A DNA stretch of 64,000 nt from an uncultured Sulfurovum sp. GTDB taxonomy: Bacteria; Campylobacterota; Campylobacteria; Campylobacterales; Sulfurovaceae. Positions 55,912 to 64,000 of this stretch are shown here, piece by piece. The DNA lies in NCBI GenBank assembly GCA_913055205.1, contig CAJXJN010000007.1, positions 11,294 through 75,293 of the forward strand, written 5' to 3'. Positions within the stretch are counted from its first letter, which is position 1, and each line of letters opens with the position of its first letter. Both the position numbers and the translations under genes were made by a program. A model generated the notes under the pieces. It ran no database searches, was not told the origin of the DNA, and was given only the letters and a program-made list of their open reading frames with translations.

Positions 55912-55940
55912 AGTATAACATTTTTTTTAGAGGGTGTCAA
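55912..55940 (-). promoter_or_regulatory. Sigma70-type promoter on minus strand, divergent from mod
   Basis: TTGACA-17 bp-TATACT with TGn extension. Confidence 0.6.
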
Positions 55941-55986
55941 AGTGTTGTTTGGGTAAAATATCTTATACTATTTTTAGGAATGCCTT

Positions 55987-57813
55987 GTGACTTTAGAGAG
56001 CCTTGATATCAAACAGCAGAAACTACGAGAACTTCAGCAGATAGTACCTGAGATATTTGAAGATGGGGAGATCATCCCTGAGAAGTTGAGAGATATTTTT
56101 GGTGAGCAGGTCAATGAGAGTGCGGAGCACTATAGCTTTACATGGGCTGGTAAGCGTGACTGCTACAAGACCATCCGTGAAAAGACCCATGCTACACTTA
56201 AAGTAGATGAAGAGGTGGCTAATGATAGTGATATTCCTGATGGTGAGAATGTCTTCATAGAGGGAGACAACCTAGAGGTACTTAAACTTCTTCAACTCTC
56301 GTACCATAAAAAAATCAAGATGATTTACATCGACCCACCCTACAACAAAGACAAGGACTTTGTCTACTCGGACACATGGGGTGACAGCATACACAACTAC
56401 CTCGTGCAGACAGACCAGCTCCGTGACGAGGGCTACACCACTACCAAAACCAACAGCACAGGACGCAGACACACCAACTGGCTTAACATGATCTACCCTA
56501 GACTATGGCTTAGCCGTAACTTACTTAAAGACGATGGGGTTATCTTTGTGAGTATCGATGATGACGAGGTGCATAATTTGCGGAAGGTGATGGATGAGAT
56601 TTATGGGGAGGAGAATTTTGTAGCCAATGCTATTTGGGAGAAAAAATATAGTCCTCAAAATGATGCAAAATGGCTTAGTGATAATCATGACCACATATTG
56701 ATTTATGCTAAAAACAAAGAAATATGGCGACCAAATTTATTGCCTCGTACAGATGAACAGAACGCACGATATAAAAACCCAGATAATGACCCGAGGGGAA
56801 ATTGGAAATCTACAGATTTATCTGTTAAGACCTATTCTGAAAAAAATGATTATCCCATTAAAACACCTTCTGGAAGATTAGTTAATCCGCCAAAAGGGAG
56901 ATGTTGGTCAGTTTCCAAAGTAAAGCTTCAAAAACTTATAGAAGATAAAAGAGTTTCATTTGGAGATGATGGTGATGGTGTACCAAGATTAAAAAGTTTT
57001 TTATCAGAAGTGCAACAAGGAACAGTACCATTAACAATATGGAAATATAAAGAAGTTGGTCATAATCAAGATGCATTAAAAGAAATAAAAGACTTATTTG
57101 ATGGATATGCTTATTTCGATACACCTAAACCGACCAAATTACTAAAGAGAATGTTACATTTAGGAAGTAGTGAAGATGACATCATCTTAGACTTCTTTGC
57201 AGGAAGCGGTACCACAGCTCATGCAGTGATGGACTTAAATAAAGAAGATGAGAAAAATGGGAAAATAGGAAATCGTAAATATATTTTAGTTCAACTCCCT
57301 GAAGCTACAGACGAAAAGAGTGAAGTCTACAAAGCAGGGTACACGAAGATAAGTGATATTACCAAAGCACGTATTAAAAAAGCTATGGAAGCTTTGAAAT
57401 ATAAAGAGGGTTTCAAATCATTCTATCTTGACAAATCTAACTTCCAGGTTTTTGAAGAGGTCAAAAAACGCCCCGATATGAGCTATGAAGAGATTGAAAA
57501 GATGCTCAAGATGAGTATGTTCCATGAAAACATCCTCACTCAGGGAGCTAAAGAGTTGGACATTGTCTATGAAGTGGGGCTCAAAAACGGCTTTACACTG
57601 AGTGCAGAGGTAGGAGAGGTGAAGTCTGAGAAATACAGTTTCATTACCCTAACAGAAGAGGAGAGAGTCTTTTACTTTAGCTTCGATAAAAAGATAGAGG
57701 GTGATATCGTCCATGATGTACCTAAAGATGCCAAGCTCATTTGTTATGAAAAAGCCCTCACGACCAATGTAAAGCTGAACTTGCGTGAGAATTTGGATCT
57801 GGAGGTGTTGTAG
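55987..57813 (+). CDS. mod: Type III restriction-modification methyltransferase (Mod)
   Basis: IEGDNLEVLK, IYIDPPYN catalytic motif, FDTPKP, DFFAGSGTT SAM motif; upstream of res. Confidence 0.94.
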   Translation: MTLESLDIKQQKLRELQQIVPEIFEDGEIIPEKLRDIFGEQVNESAEHYSFTWAGKRDCYKTIREKTHATLKVDEEVANDSDIPDGENVFIEGDNLEVLKLLQLSYHKKIKMIYIDPPYNKDKDFVYSDTWGDSIHNYLVQTDQLRDEGYTTTKTNSTGRRHTNWLNMIYPRLWLSRNLLKDDGVIFVSIDDDEVHNLRKVMDEIYGEENFVANAIWEKKYSPQNDAKWLSDNHDHILIYAKNKEIWRPNLLPRTDEQNARYKNPDNDPRGNWKSTDLSVKTYSEKNDYPIKTPSGRLVNPPKGRCWSVSKVKLQKLIEDKRVSFGDDGDGVPRLKSFLSEVQQGTVPLTIWKYKEVGHNQDALKEIKDLFDGYAYFDTPKPTKLLKRMLHLGSSEDDIILDFFAGSGTTAHAVMDLNKEDEKNGKIGNRKYILVQLPEATDEKSEVYKAGYTKISDITKARIKKAMEALKYKEGFKSFYLDKSNFQVFEEVKKRPDMSYEEIEKMLKMSMFHENILTQGAKELDIVYEVGLKNGFTLSAEVGEVKSEKYSFITLTEEERVFYFSFDKKIEGDIVHDVPKDAKLICYEKALTTNVKLNLRENLDLEVL

Positions 57814-57819
57814 TGGGAG

Positions 57820-57848
57820 TTGACATTTCCGGTGCACCATGCTATAAT
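57820..57848 (+). promoter_or_regulatory. Consensus sigma70 promoter between mod and the Abi gene
   Basis: TTGACA-17 bp-TATAAT with TGn extension. Confidence 0.8.
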
Positions 57849-57854
57849 GCACGC

Positions 57855-57900
57855 AACATACTTCCTCCACCTCTTTACAATGTGCCAACGAGGAAGTGCT
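57855..57900 (+). ncRNA. Candidate structured leader / antitoxin RNA of the AbiF-like gene
   Basis: Perfect 8-bp stem ACTTCCTC (57860-67)/GAGGAAGT (57890-97) with inner cac/gtg pairing, directly after the promoter. Confidence 0.5.
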
Positions 57901-57904
57901 TCTT

Positions 57905-58777
57905 ATGATCTCCCAAAACTTCACAAAAGAGCACCTTAACTATGATAAACAGACAGCCTTGTTAACGTCCCGCGGCTTGGTAGTTACAGATACAGATTTG
58001 GTACGTAAAAAGCTGGAGCATATCAGCTACTATAGATTGAGTGCCTACTTCTTGCCGTTTCAGAAAGAAAAAGATATTTTCAATCCTGATACGCGATTTG
58101 AAGAGATTCTCAGGGTGTATTATTTTGACAAAGCACTACGCAAGATCGTATTTGATGCCATAGAAACTTTGGAGATCAACATCAGAGCCAACATAGCCTA
58201 TAACCTCTCCAAAGAGGTAGACCCCTTTGGCTATATGGACAAGGAAAATCTAAATATTGGCTACACTGAGTATATCAATCTCATGCAAACCATACAGAGA
58301 GAGACAAACCGCTCCAGAGAAGCCTTTGTGACGCATTTTAAAAAGCAGTATAACTCTGACATACTTCCTGTTTGGATGATGGTAGAGATCATCTCTTTTT
58401 CGACACTTTCTAAGCTGTTTAAGGCACTGAAGCCAGAGCATGAAACCATGACAGCCAAACTGAACATACCGCCAAAAGTACTCAAAAACTGGCTGCATGT
58501 TATCAATCATATACGCAACATCTGTGCACATCATGGAAGAGTATGGAACAAACAGTTTGCTATCAAAGCACTCCTCCCTAAAAAAGTAACAGCGTTTCAG
58601 GGATTAAAAAATGACAAGATATTTGTAGTGATACTTATGTTGAGTTATATGTTTGATCAGCTAGAAACAGCGGATGGATTTAAAAGCAAAATAGTCTCAT
58701 TACTGGAAGAGTATCCTGATATATCTCTGCAAAGTATGGGATTTAGTGAAGATTGGAAAGAGAGATTATGCAACTAA
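57905..58777 (+). CDS. Abi family (AbiD/AbiF, Abi_2) HEPN RNase
   Basis: Q..LL.SRGL, ISYYRLSAY, YYFDKALR...IETLE, LPVWMMVEIISF, HEPN R-x4-H motif RNICAHH. Confidence 0.88.
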   Translation: MISQNFTKEHLNYDKQTALLTSRGLVVTDTDLVRKKLEHISYYRLSAYFLPFQKEKDIFNPDTRFEEILRVYYFDKALRKIVFDAIETLEINIRANIAYNLSKEVDPFGYMDKENLNIGYTEYINLMQTIQRETNRSREAFVTHFKKQYNSDILPVWMMVEIISFSTLSKLFKALKPEHETMTAKLNIPPKVLKNWLHVINHIRNICAHHGRVWNKQFAIKALLPKKVTAFQGLKNDKIFVVILMLSYMFDQLETADGFKSKIVSLLEEYPDISLQSMGFSEDWKERLCN

Positions 58778-61320
58778 AATACACCACCCAACCCCACCAA
58801 ACCAAAGCCATAGCGTCCATAGTTGATCTTTTTCAAGGGCAGAACAGGCAAGTATGCGAGTATGATATCTTCGATGGTGAAGCAGTGTGTGGTAATGGAT
58901 ATATACTGGATGATGTTGCTATACTGGAGAACTTGCAACGGGTGCAAAGAGAGAATGCCATAGAGGAGTCTTTGATGTTACAGAGTCGTGACTTTTCTGT
59001 GGAGATGGAGACAGGTACAGGGAAGACCTATGTGTACATCAAGTCTATACTTGAACTATATGAGAAGTATGGGTGGAATAAGTATATCATCATTACCCCG
59101 TCAATAGCCATACGCGAGGGAGTGCTGAGTTCTTTGGCTAGCATGAGGGCACATTTTGAGTCACAGTATAAATTTCCTTATGATTATTTTGAGTATGATT
59201 CCTCCAGACTTGGGAGTTTGAAGCATTTTATCCGTGATGATGGCTTACAGATAATGGTAATGACCATAGACAGTTTTAAAAGAGCCAATACCATACTCAA
59301 CATGCCCCAAGAGGGATTTGCAGGGACACCCAAAGAGAGTCTACAGAAGACAAATCCTATACTTATACTCGATGAACCACAGAATATGGAGAGTGAGTTA
59401 AGCAAAACCTCTATAAACGAGTTAAATCCACTCTTTACCCTTAGGTTTTCTGCAACACATAAAAACTATTACAATCTTATTTATACACTTACGCCAAGAG
59501 AGGCACTGAGTCAAGGACTCGTCAAGCAGATAGATGTACTGGCACTGAGTGAAAACCAAACGGTGAATGACAGCTATGTGAATGTACTCAAGATAGAGAT
59601 AGATAAAAAGTCTAAGAGACCTGTGGCAACGTTGGAACTCATCGTGAAAAACAAAGATGAGTTTGTCACAAAGTCTGTCAAAATAAAAGGAAATGATAGC
59701 CTTAAAGAGAAGACTAAAAATCCAATCTACTCTGGGTTTATAGTCGATGAGATCAATGCCAGAGAGATGTATATACAGTTTGAAAATGGTTTACGTTTAG
59801 AGGTTAGTCAGATCAATGGACAAGTTAAACGGCAGATACAAGAACAGCAGATAACTGAAGCCATAGCTATGCATATGAAGAAATATGAAGAGCTCAAAAA
59901 GAAAAACATCAAAGTGTTGAGTCTCTTTTTTATCGATAGGGTGGCTAACTTTTTGACAGAAGAAGATGGCTGGATGCAGGATCATTTTTGTAAAGAGTTC
60001 GATAGACTCAAAGTTGGGTATGAGAGTTTTAAAGATGCGCATACCGAGGATATATATAAATACTATTTTGCCAAGAGAAAATCCGGGTATATTGATGACT
60101 TGAAAAATAATGACAGTGATAGAAAACTGGCAAAAAAGACCTATGACCTTATTATGAAAGAGAAAGAGAAGCTTTTGAGTTTTGAAGAGAAGACGAGTTT
60201 TATCTTTTCTCATAGTGCATTAAAAGAGGGCTGGGATAATCCTAATGTATTTTTCATTACGACACTTAACGATACAAAATCGGAAATGAAAAAACGCCAA
60301 ATTCTTGGACGTGGTGTGCGTTTAGCTGTTGATAGATTTGGAAATAGGGTAGAAGATAAAGAGATCAATAGACTCACAGTGGTTGCCAATGAGAGCTTTG
60401 AAGCATTTGCAAAAGGTTTGCAATTGGAGTATGAAGCTAGTGGTGTTAACAGTGGAACAACAGTTAATAATATTAAAGAGAAAAAGAAAGCCAAACGTAA
60501 GTATACTGAAGCACAATTAAATGATGAATTCAAGGTATTGTGGAAAAAACTAAAGAGCAAAACAATTTTTGAGCTTAAGTTAGATGAAGAGAAATATAAA
60601 GAAAAAGTTATTAGAAAACTACAAGATATAGAAACTAGAGAGCAAAAAATAGTAAAGCAGTTTGGAACTATAGCAGATGAGATCTATGGTTATGTGGCAG
60701 AAGAGAAGAGTTATGCACTTCACTTTGAACAGACGCTTCCTGATTTGGTGAGTGTGATTGAAAAAGAGACAGGTATCACTAGAGGGATGATCATAGATAT
60801 ACTCAATGCTGTAGATTTGAAACCGTTTATACGAAACAGTGATGAGTATGTAAAAAGAGCGATAGAGGCTTTCGATGATGCTAAACATGAGATACTTACA
60901 GAGAGTAGTGATGGTATAGCCTATAAAGAAAGTGGTGAGTATTATGAGTTTGTAAATGTTTTTCCTGAAGAACTGGAGGGATATGATCTTGAAGCGTGTA
61001 AAAAAGGTTTATATGATGCAGAGCAGTGGGATTCAGATATAGAAAAAAACTTTATAGACTGTGCAGATATGCAATTTAAATTTTTTGCAAAACTTCCTAA
61101 GCGATTTAAGATCAAAACACCACTTGGAAATTACAGCCCTGATTTTGCAGTGATTAAGTATGATGAGAGCGAAGGAGCTTTTGTGGTAGAAACAAAAGGA
61201 AGTGATAAGAATAGAGACATGAGAAGTAGAGAATCATGGCAGATAGCTTATGCTAAAAAGCATTTTAAGTTTTTAGATGTGAAGTATAGGGATAAGATTA
61301 AGAAGTGTAATGATATATAG
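58768..61320 (+). CDS. res: Type III restriction endonuclease subunit (Res)
   Basis: METGTGKT Walker A, ILDEPQ, RFSATH, EGWDNPN, QILGRGVRL, C-terminal PDF...ETKG nuclease motif. Confidence 0.94.
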   Translation: MQLKYTTQPHQTKAIASIVDLFQGQNRQVCEYDIFDGEAVCGNGYILDDVAILENLQRVQRENAIEESLMLQSRDFSVEMETGTGKTYVYIKSILELYEKYGWNKYIIITPSIAIREGVLSSLASMRAHFESQYKFPYDYFEYDSSRLGSLKHFIRDDGLQIMVMTIDSFKRANTILNMPQEGFAGTPKESLQKTNPILILDEPQNMESELSKTSINELNPLFTLRFSATHKNYYNLIYTLTPREALSQGLVKQIDVLALSENQTVNDSYVNVLKIEIDKKSKRPVATLELIVKNKDEFVTKSVKIKGNDSLKEKTKNPIYSGFIVDEINAREMYIQFENGLRLEVSQINGQVKRQIQEQQITEAIAMHMKKYEELKKKNIKVLSLFFIDRVANFLTEEDGWMQDHFCKEFDRLKVGYESFKDAHTEDIYKYYFAKRKSGYIDDLKNNDSDRKLAKKTYDLIMKEKEKLLSFEEKTSFIFSHSALKEGWDNPNVFFITTLNDTKSEMKKRQILGRGVRLAVDRFGNRVEDKEINRLTVVANESFEAFAKGLQLEYEASGVNSGTTVNNIKEKKKAKRKYTEAQLNDEFKVLWKKLKSKTIFELKLDEEKYKEKVIRKLQDIETREQKIVKQFGTIADEIYGYVAEEKSYALHFEQTLPDLVSVIEKETGITRGMIIDILNAVDLKPFIRNSDEYVKRAIEAFDDAKHEILTESSDGIAYKESGEYYEFVNVFPEELEGYDLEACKKGLYDAEQWDSDIEKNFIDCADMQFKFFAKLPKRFKIKTPLGNYSPDFAVIKYDESEGAFVVETKGSDKNRDMRSRESWQIAYAKKHFKFLDVKYRDKIKKCNDI

Positions 61321-61459
61321 CAGAATCTTCTGAATGTATAGTCTTATTCAGAGAGTTCAATGTTCAATGACTGAATATTTTTTACTCTAAGTTAGAAAAC
61401 AGATAACAACACTCTGCTATAATAGCATCAATAATAATTTACAATAATGGAAAAATAAA

Positions 61460-62644
61460 ATGACTTTAGAACAACAAGACAAACAATATGTGCTTCAAAC
61501 CTATGCACGTGATTATACAAACTTTGTAAAGGGTGTGGGCTCTACACTTTATGATGAAAATGGACGTGACTATATAGACTTTGCATCAGGGATCGGGGTG
61601 AACTCTGTGGGCCATGGCAATGAGAAGTTGACACAGGCTATTTGTGAGCAGGCTAAGAATATCATACATATCTCAAACTTGCAGGTAATAGAACCGCAGG
61701 CAAAGCTGGCACAGCGTATTGTAGAACTAAGTGGTTATGATATGGGTGTATTCTTCGCAAACTCCGGTGCTGAAGCAAATGAAGGGGCTATTAAGATAGC
61801 GCGTAAATACGGTGAGACGAAATTTGAGAATAAGCGTTACAAGATCATCACACTTGAACACTCTTTTCACGGTCGTACCATCACTACTGTCAAAGCTACA
61901 GGACAGGAGAGTTTTCATACACCTCATTTCTCTCCTTATCCGGCCGGATTCTCTTATGAAAAGAGTATAGAAGATGTCTATAAGGCTATAGATGATGAAA
62001 CAGTAGCCGTGCTTATAGAACTTGTACAGGGTGAGGGTGGTGTTCAGTCCTTTGAAAAAGAGGAGATACAAAAACTTGCAGCACATTTAAAAGCTGAAGG
62101 TATTCTGCTTATTGTGGATGAAGTACAGACGGGTGTGTATAGAACAGGAGAGTTCCTGGCATCAAATCTCTATGAGATAGAACCGGATATTATTACCCTT
62201 GCCAAAGGTTTAGGCGGTGGAGTACCGATCGGTGCAGTGATGACAAAACATAAAGATGTCTTAAGCGCAGGCGATCATGGAAGTACGTTTGGCGGGAATT
62301 ATTTGAGTACAAGTGCCGGATTGGCTGTATTGGATGTATTGGAAGGTTTGTATGAGAGTGGAGCTATCGCCGAGGTACATTTATATTTCGAACAAAAATT
62401 AGAAGCTATGGCTAAAAAATATAATACTCTTTTTAAAAAAGAGGTTGGACTGGGACTTATGCGTGGATTGCGTGCTAAAAGTTCTGATATTCAAGGTGCT
62501 ATCATAAAAAATAGTTTAAAAGAAGGTTTGATCGTATTAAAAGCAGGGCGTAATACGGTACGCTTTTTACCAAGTATTACCATTAGTAAAAATGAGATAG
62601 ACAAAGGGTTTGAACGTTTTGAAAAAGCTATATCTTCTTTGTAG
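61460..62644 (+). CDS. argD: Acetylornithine aminotransferase
   Basis: NSGAEANE, SFHGRT, DEVQTG, LAKGLGGG, HGSTFGGN. Confidence 0.9.
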   Translation: MTLEQQDKQYVLQTYARDYTNFVKGVGSTLYDENGRDYIDFASGIGVNSVGHGNEKLTQAICEQAKNIIHISNLQVIEPQAKLAQRIVELSGYDMGVFFANSGAEANEGAIKIARKYGETKFENKRYKIITLEHSFHGRTITTVKATGQESFHTPHFSPYPAGFSYEKSIEDVYKAIDDETVAVLIELVQGEGGVQSFEKEEIQKLAAHLKAEGILLIVDEVQTGVYRTGEFLASNLYEIEPDIITLAKGLGGGVPIGAVMTKHKDVLSAGDHGSTFGGNYLSTSAGLAVLDVLEGLYESGAIAEVHLYFEQKLEAMAKKYNTLFKKEVGLGLMRGLRAKSSDIQGAIIKNSLKEGLIVLKAGRNTVRFLPSITISKNEIDKGFERFEKAISSL

Positions 62645-63812
62645 TTTATTATTTTCCTCTGTGCTGGCAGATGAGTTGAGTGATATACTCTCAGACAATA
62701 AAAATATACTATTTGACTATGAGTTCCGATCAAATACTGCTCAGAGTGATATGCTTGAAAAGAGTTGGATCAATCCTATTACGTTGCAGTACAGTAAAAG
62801 TTACTCAAAACAATTTACTGATCAAACGGTCCAGACGGGTAGTTTCAGTATAGGTATCGATCAACCTATTTTCCGTTCGGGTGGGATTTATTTTGCTATT
62901 AAATATGCCCAGGCACTTAGAGGAGCAAATGAAGCAGAGATCAAACTTAAAAAACGTGAGATGATAGGCTCTGCAGTTAAACTACTCTTTGAAATGAAAA
63001 AGATGAATCTGGAACAGAAAAAACTGGCACTACTCATTAAAAATGATAAGCTTGATATTCGCCAAAAACGTGAAAGTTATGAAGCAGGACTGATAGATAG
63101 CAGCTTTTTGGATCAGGCTATTCTCAAAGCCAATCAGGATGAGACAAAAAAGTTGGAAACAGAGATATCTTTAATGAAACTCAAACAAAGCTTTGCACTT
63201 TTGAGTGAGAAAGATCCAAATAAACTGAAGCTGCCAAAACTAAAACTTATCTCAGCACAACGTTATAAAGGTTCGAATCTTGAACTGGTTCGAGATAGAC
63301 TCAGAGCTAAAGAGAAGGGTTATAATGCAAAGATGACTTGGGCTAAGTATCTTCCTTCCATATCTTTACAGGGAAGGTATACAGATGCAGACCTTAATCC
63401 TCTTTTTCCACAATCCGGACTTGAAGAGAAGTATTGGACTTATGGGTTTACTGTCTCTATGCCATTGAATATCAATATGTTTTCAGATATAGAAGCTTCT
63501 AAAGTAGCACACCTTAAAGCACAAACTGAAGTGATAGAGCGTAAACATACTATAGATGAAGAGTATAAATTGATTCAAAACAAATTGAAGATCATAGAGA
63601 AGAAAATAAAACTTGCACGTAAAGATGAAAAACTTTATGCAAGACTTTACAAAACAACAAAAAATCTTGCCAAAGCAGGTGAAAAAACTTCTTTAGATAC
63701 AGCAATGATGTTTAATTCACTCAAAGTAAGAAAACTTGATCAAAAAATATATGAATTAGATAAACAGATAGAGCTTATAGAACTCTATACAAAGGTCGCT
63801 AATGCAATTTAG
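62619..63812 (+). CDS. TolC-family outer membrane protein
   Basis: Probable TTG start MKKLYLLCSLLFSSVLA signal peptide; QPIFRSGG, YLPSISL OEP-like motifs. Confidence 0.7.
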   Translation: MKKLYLLCSLLFSSVLADELSDILSDNKNILFDYEFRSNTAQSDMLEKSWINPITLQYSKSYSKQFTDQTVQTGSFSIGIDQPIFRSGGIYFAIKYAQALRGANEAEIKLKKREMIGSAVKLLFEMKKMNLEQKKLALLIKNDKLDIRQKRESYEAGLIDSSFLDQAILKANQDETKKLETEISLMKLKQSFALLSEKDPNKLKLPKLKLISAQRYKGSNLELVRDRLRAKEKGYNAKMTWAKYLPSISLQGRYTDADLNPLFPQSGLEEKYWTYGFTVSMPLNINMFSDIEASKVAHLKAQTEVIERKHTIDEEYKLIQNKLKIIEKKIKLARKDEKLYARLYKTTKNLAKAGEKTSLDTAMMFNSLKVRKLDQKIYELDKQIELIELYTKVANAI

Positions 63813-64000
63813 TACTTATATGAATGAATGGCTCTATGGAGAAGAGGGGTATTATAAAAACTTCAAGGACATAGGTAAATCAGGTGATTTCTATACGGCA
63901 GTAAGTACAAGCAGATTTTTTGGTGCAAGTATTGCGAACTATTTTTATTCACTTTTAAAAGAGGGAAAAGCGGACAGAAACGGCTGGCTTATAGAAATAG
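63802..64000 (+). CDS. MidA/NDUFAF7-family SAM-dependent methyltransferase (3'-truncated)
   Basis: Hand translation MQFSTYMNEWLYGEEGYY...IGKSGDFYTAVS. Confidence 0.8.
   Translation, partial: MQFSTYMNEWLYGEEGYYKNFKDIGKSGDFYTAVSTSRFFGASIANYFYSLLKEGKADRNGWLIEI

Noticed and set aside
55987-57813. Phase-variable mod (phasevarion)
   Set aside because: No simple-sequence repeat tract seen in the ORF and the frame is intact

Overview
Chromosomal window from a Campylobacterota (Epsilonproteobacteria) bacterium, most consistent with a Sulfurovum/Sulfurimonas-like sulfur oxidiser. The taxonomy is inferred from gene content (oorDABC, monomeric icd, FqrB-like reductase, gene order), not from a database search. 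Core blocks: pheS-pheT-ispH-aroA-rpsA-serA, efp, dnaE, a (reverse) TCA cluster (icd, mdh, two-subunit class I fumarase, fumC, sucCD, oorDABC), glsA, RNase P RNA and argD. Accessory content: a TolC-MFP-split RND exporter; two paralogous secreted multi-DUF302-like proteins, one next to a rhodanese; a fatty-acid beta-oxidation operon with two single-base frameshifts; CGTC- and GTAG-tagged REP-like palindromes; and a decayed element between 15-bp direct repeats of the rnpB 3' end. The two best leads are both RNA-controlled toxin candidates. (1) An AbiD/AbiF-family HEPN gene with its own consensus promoter and a structured leader RNA sits between mod and res of a type III restriction-modification system. 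(2) An unannotated 36-aa Fst-like membrane peptide has the direct-repeat, anti-SD and shared-hairpin layout of a type I toxin-antitoxin locus.
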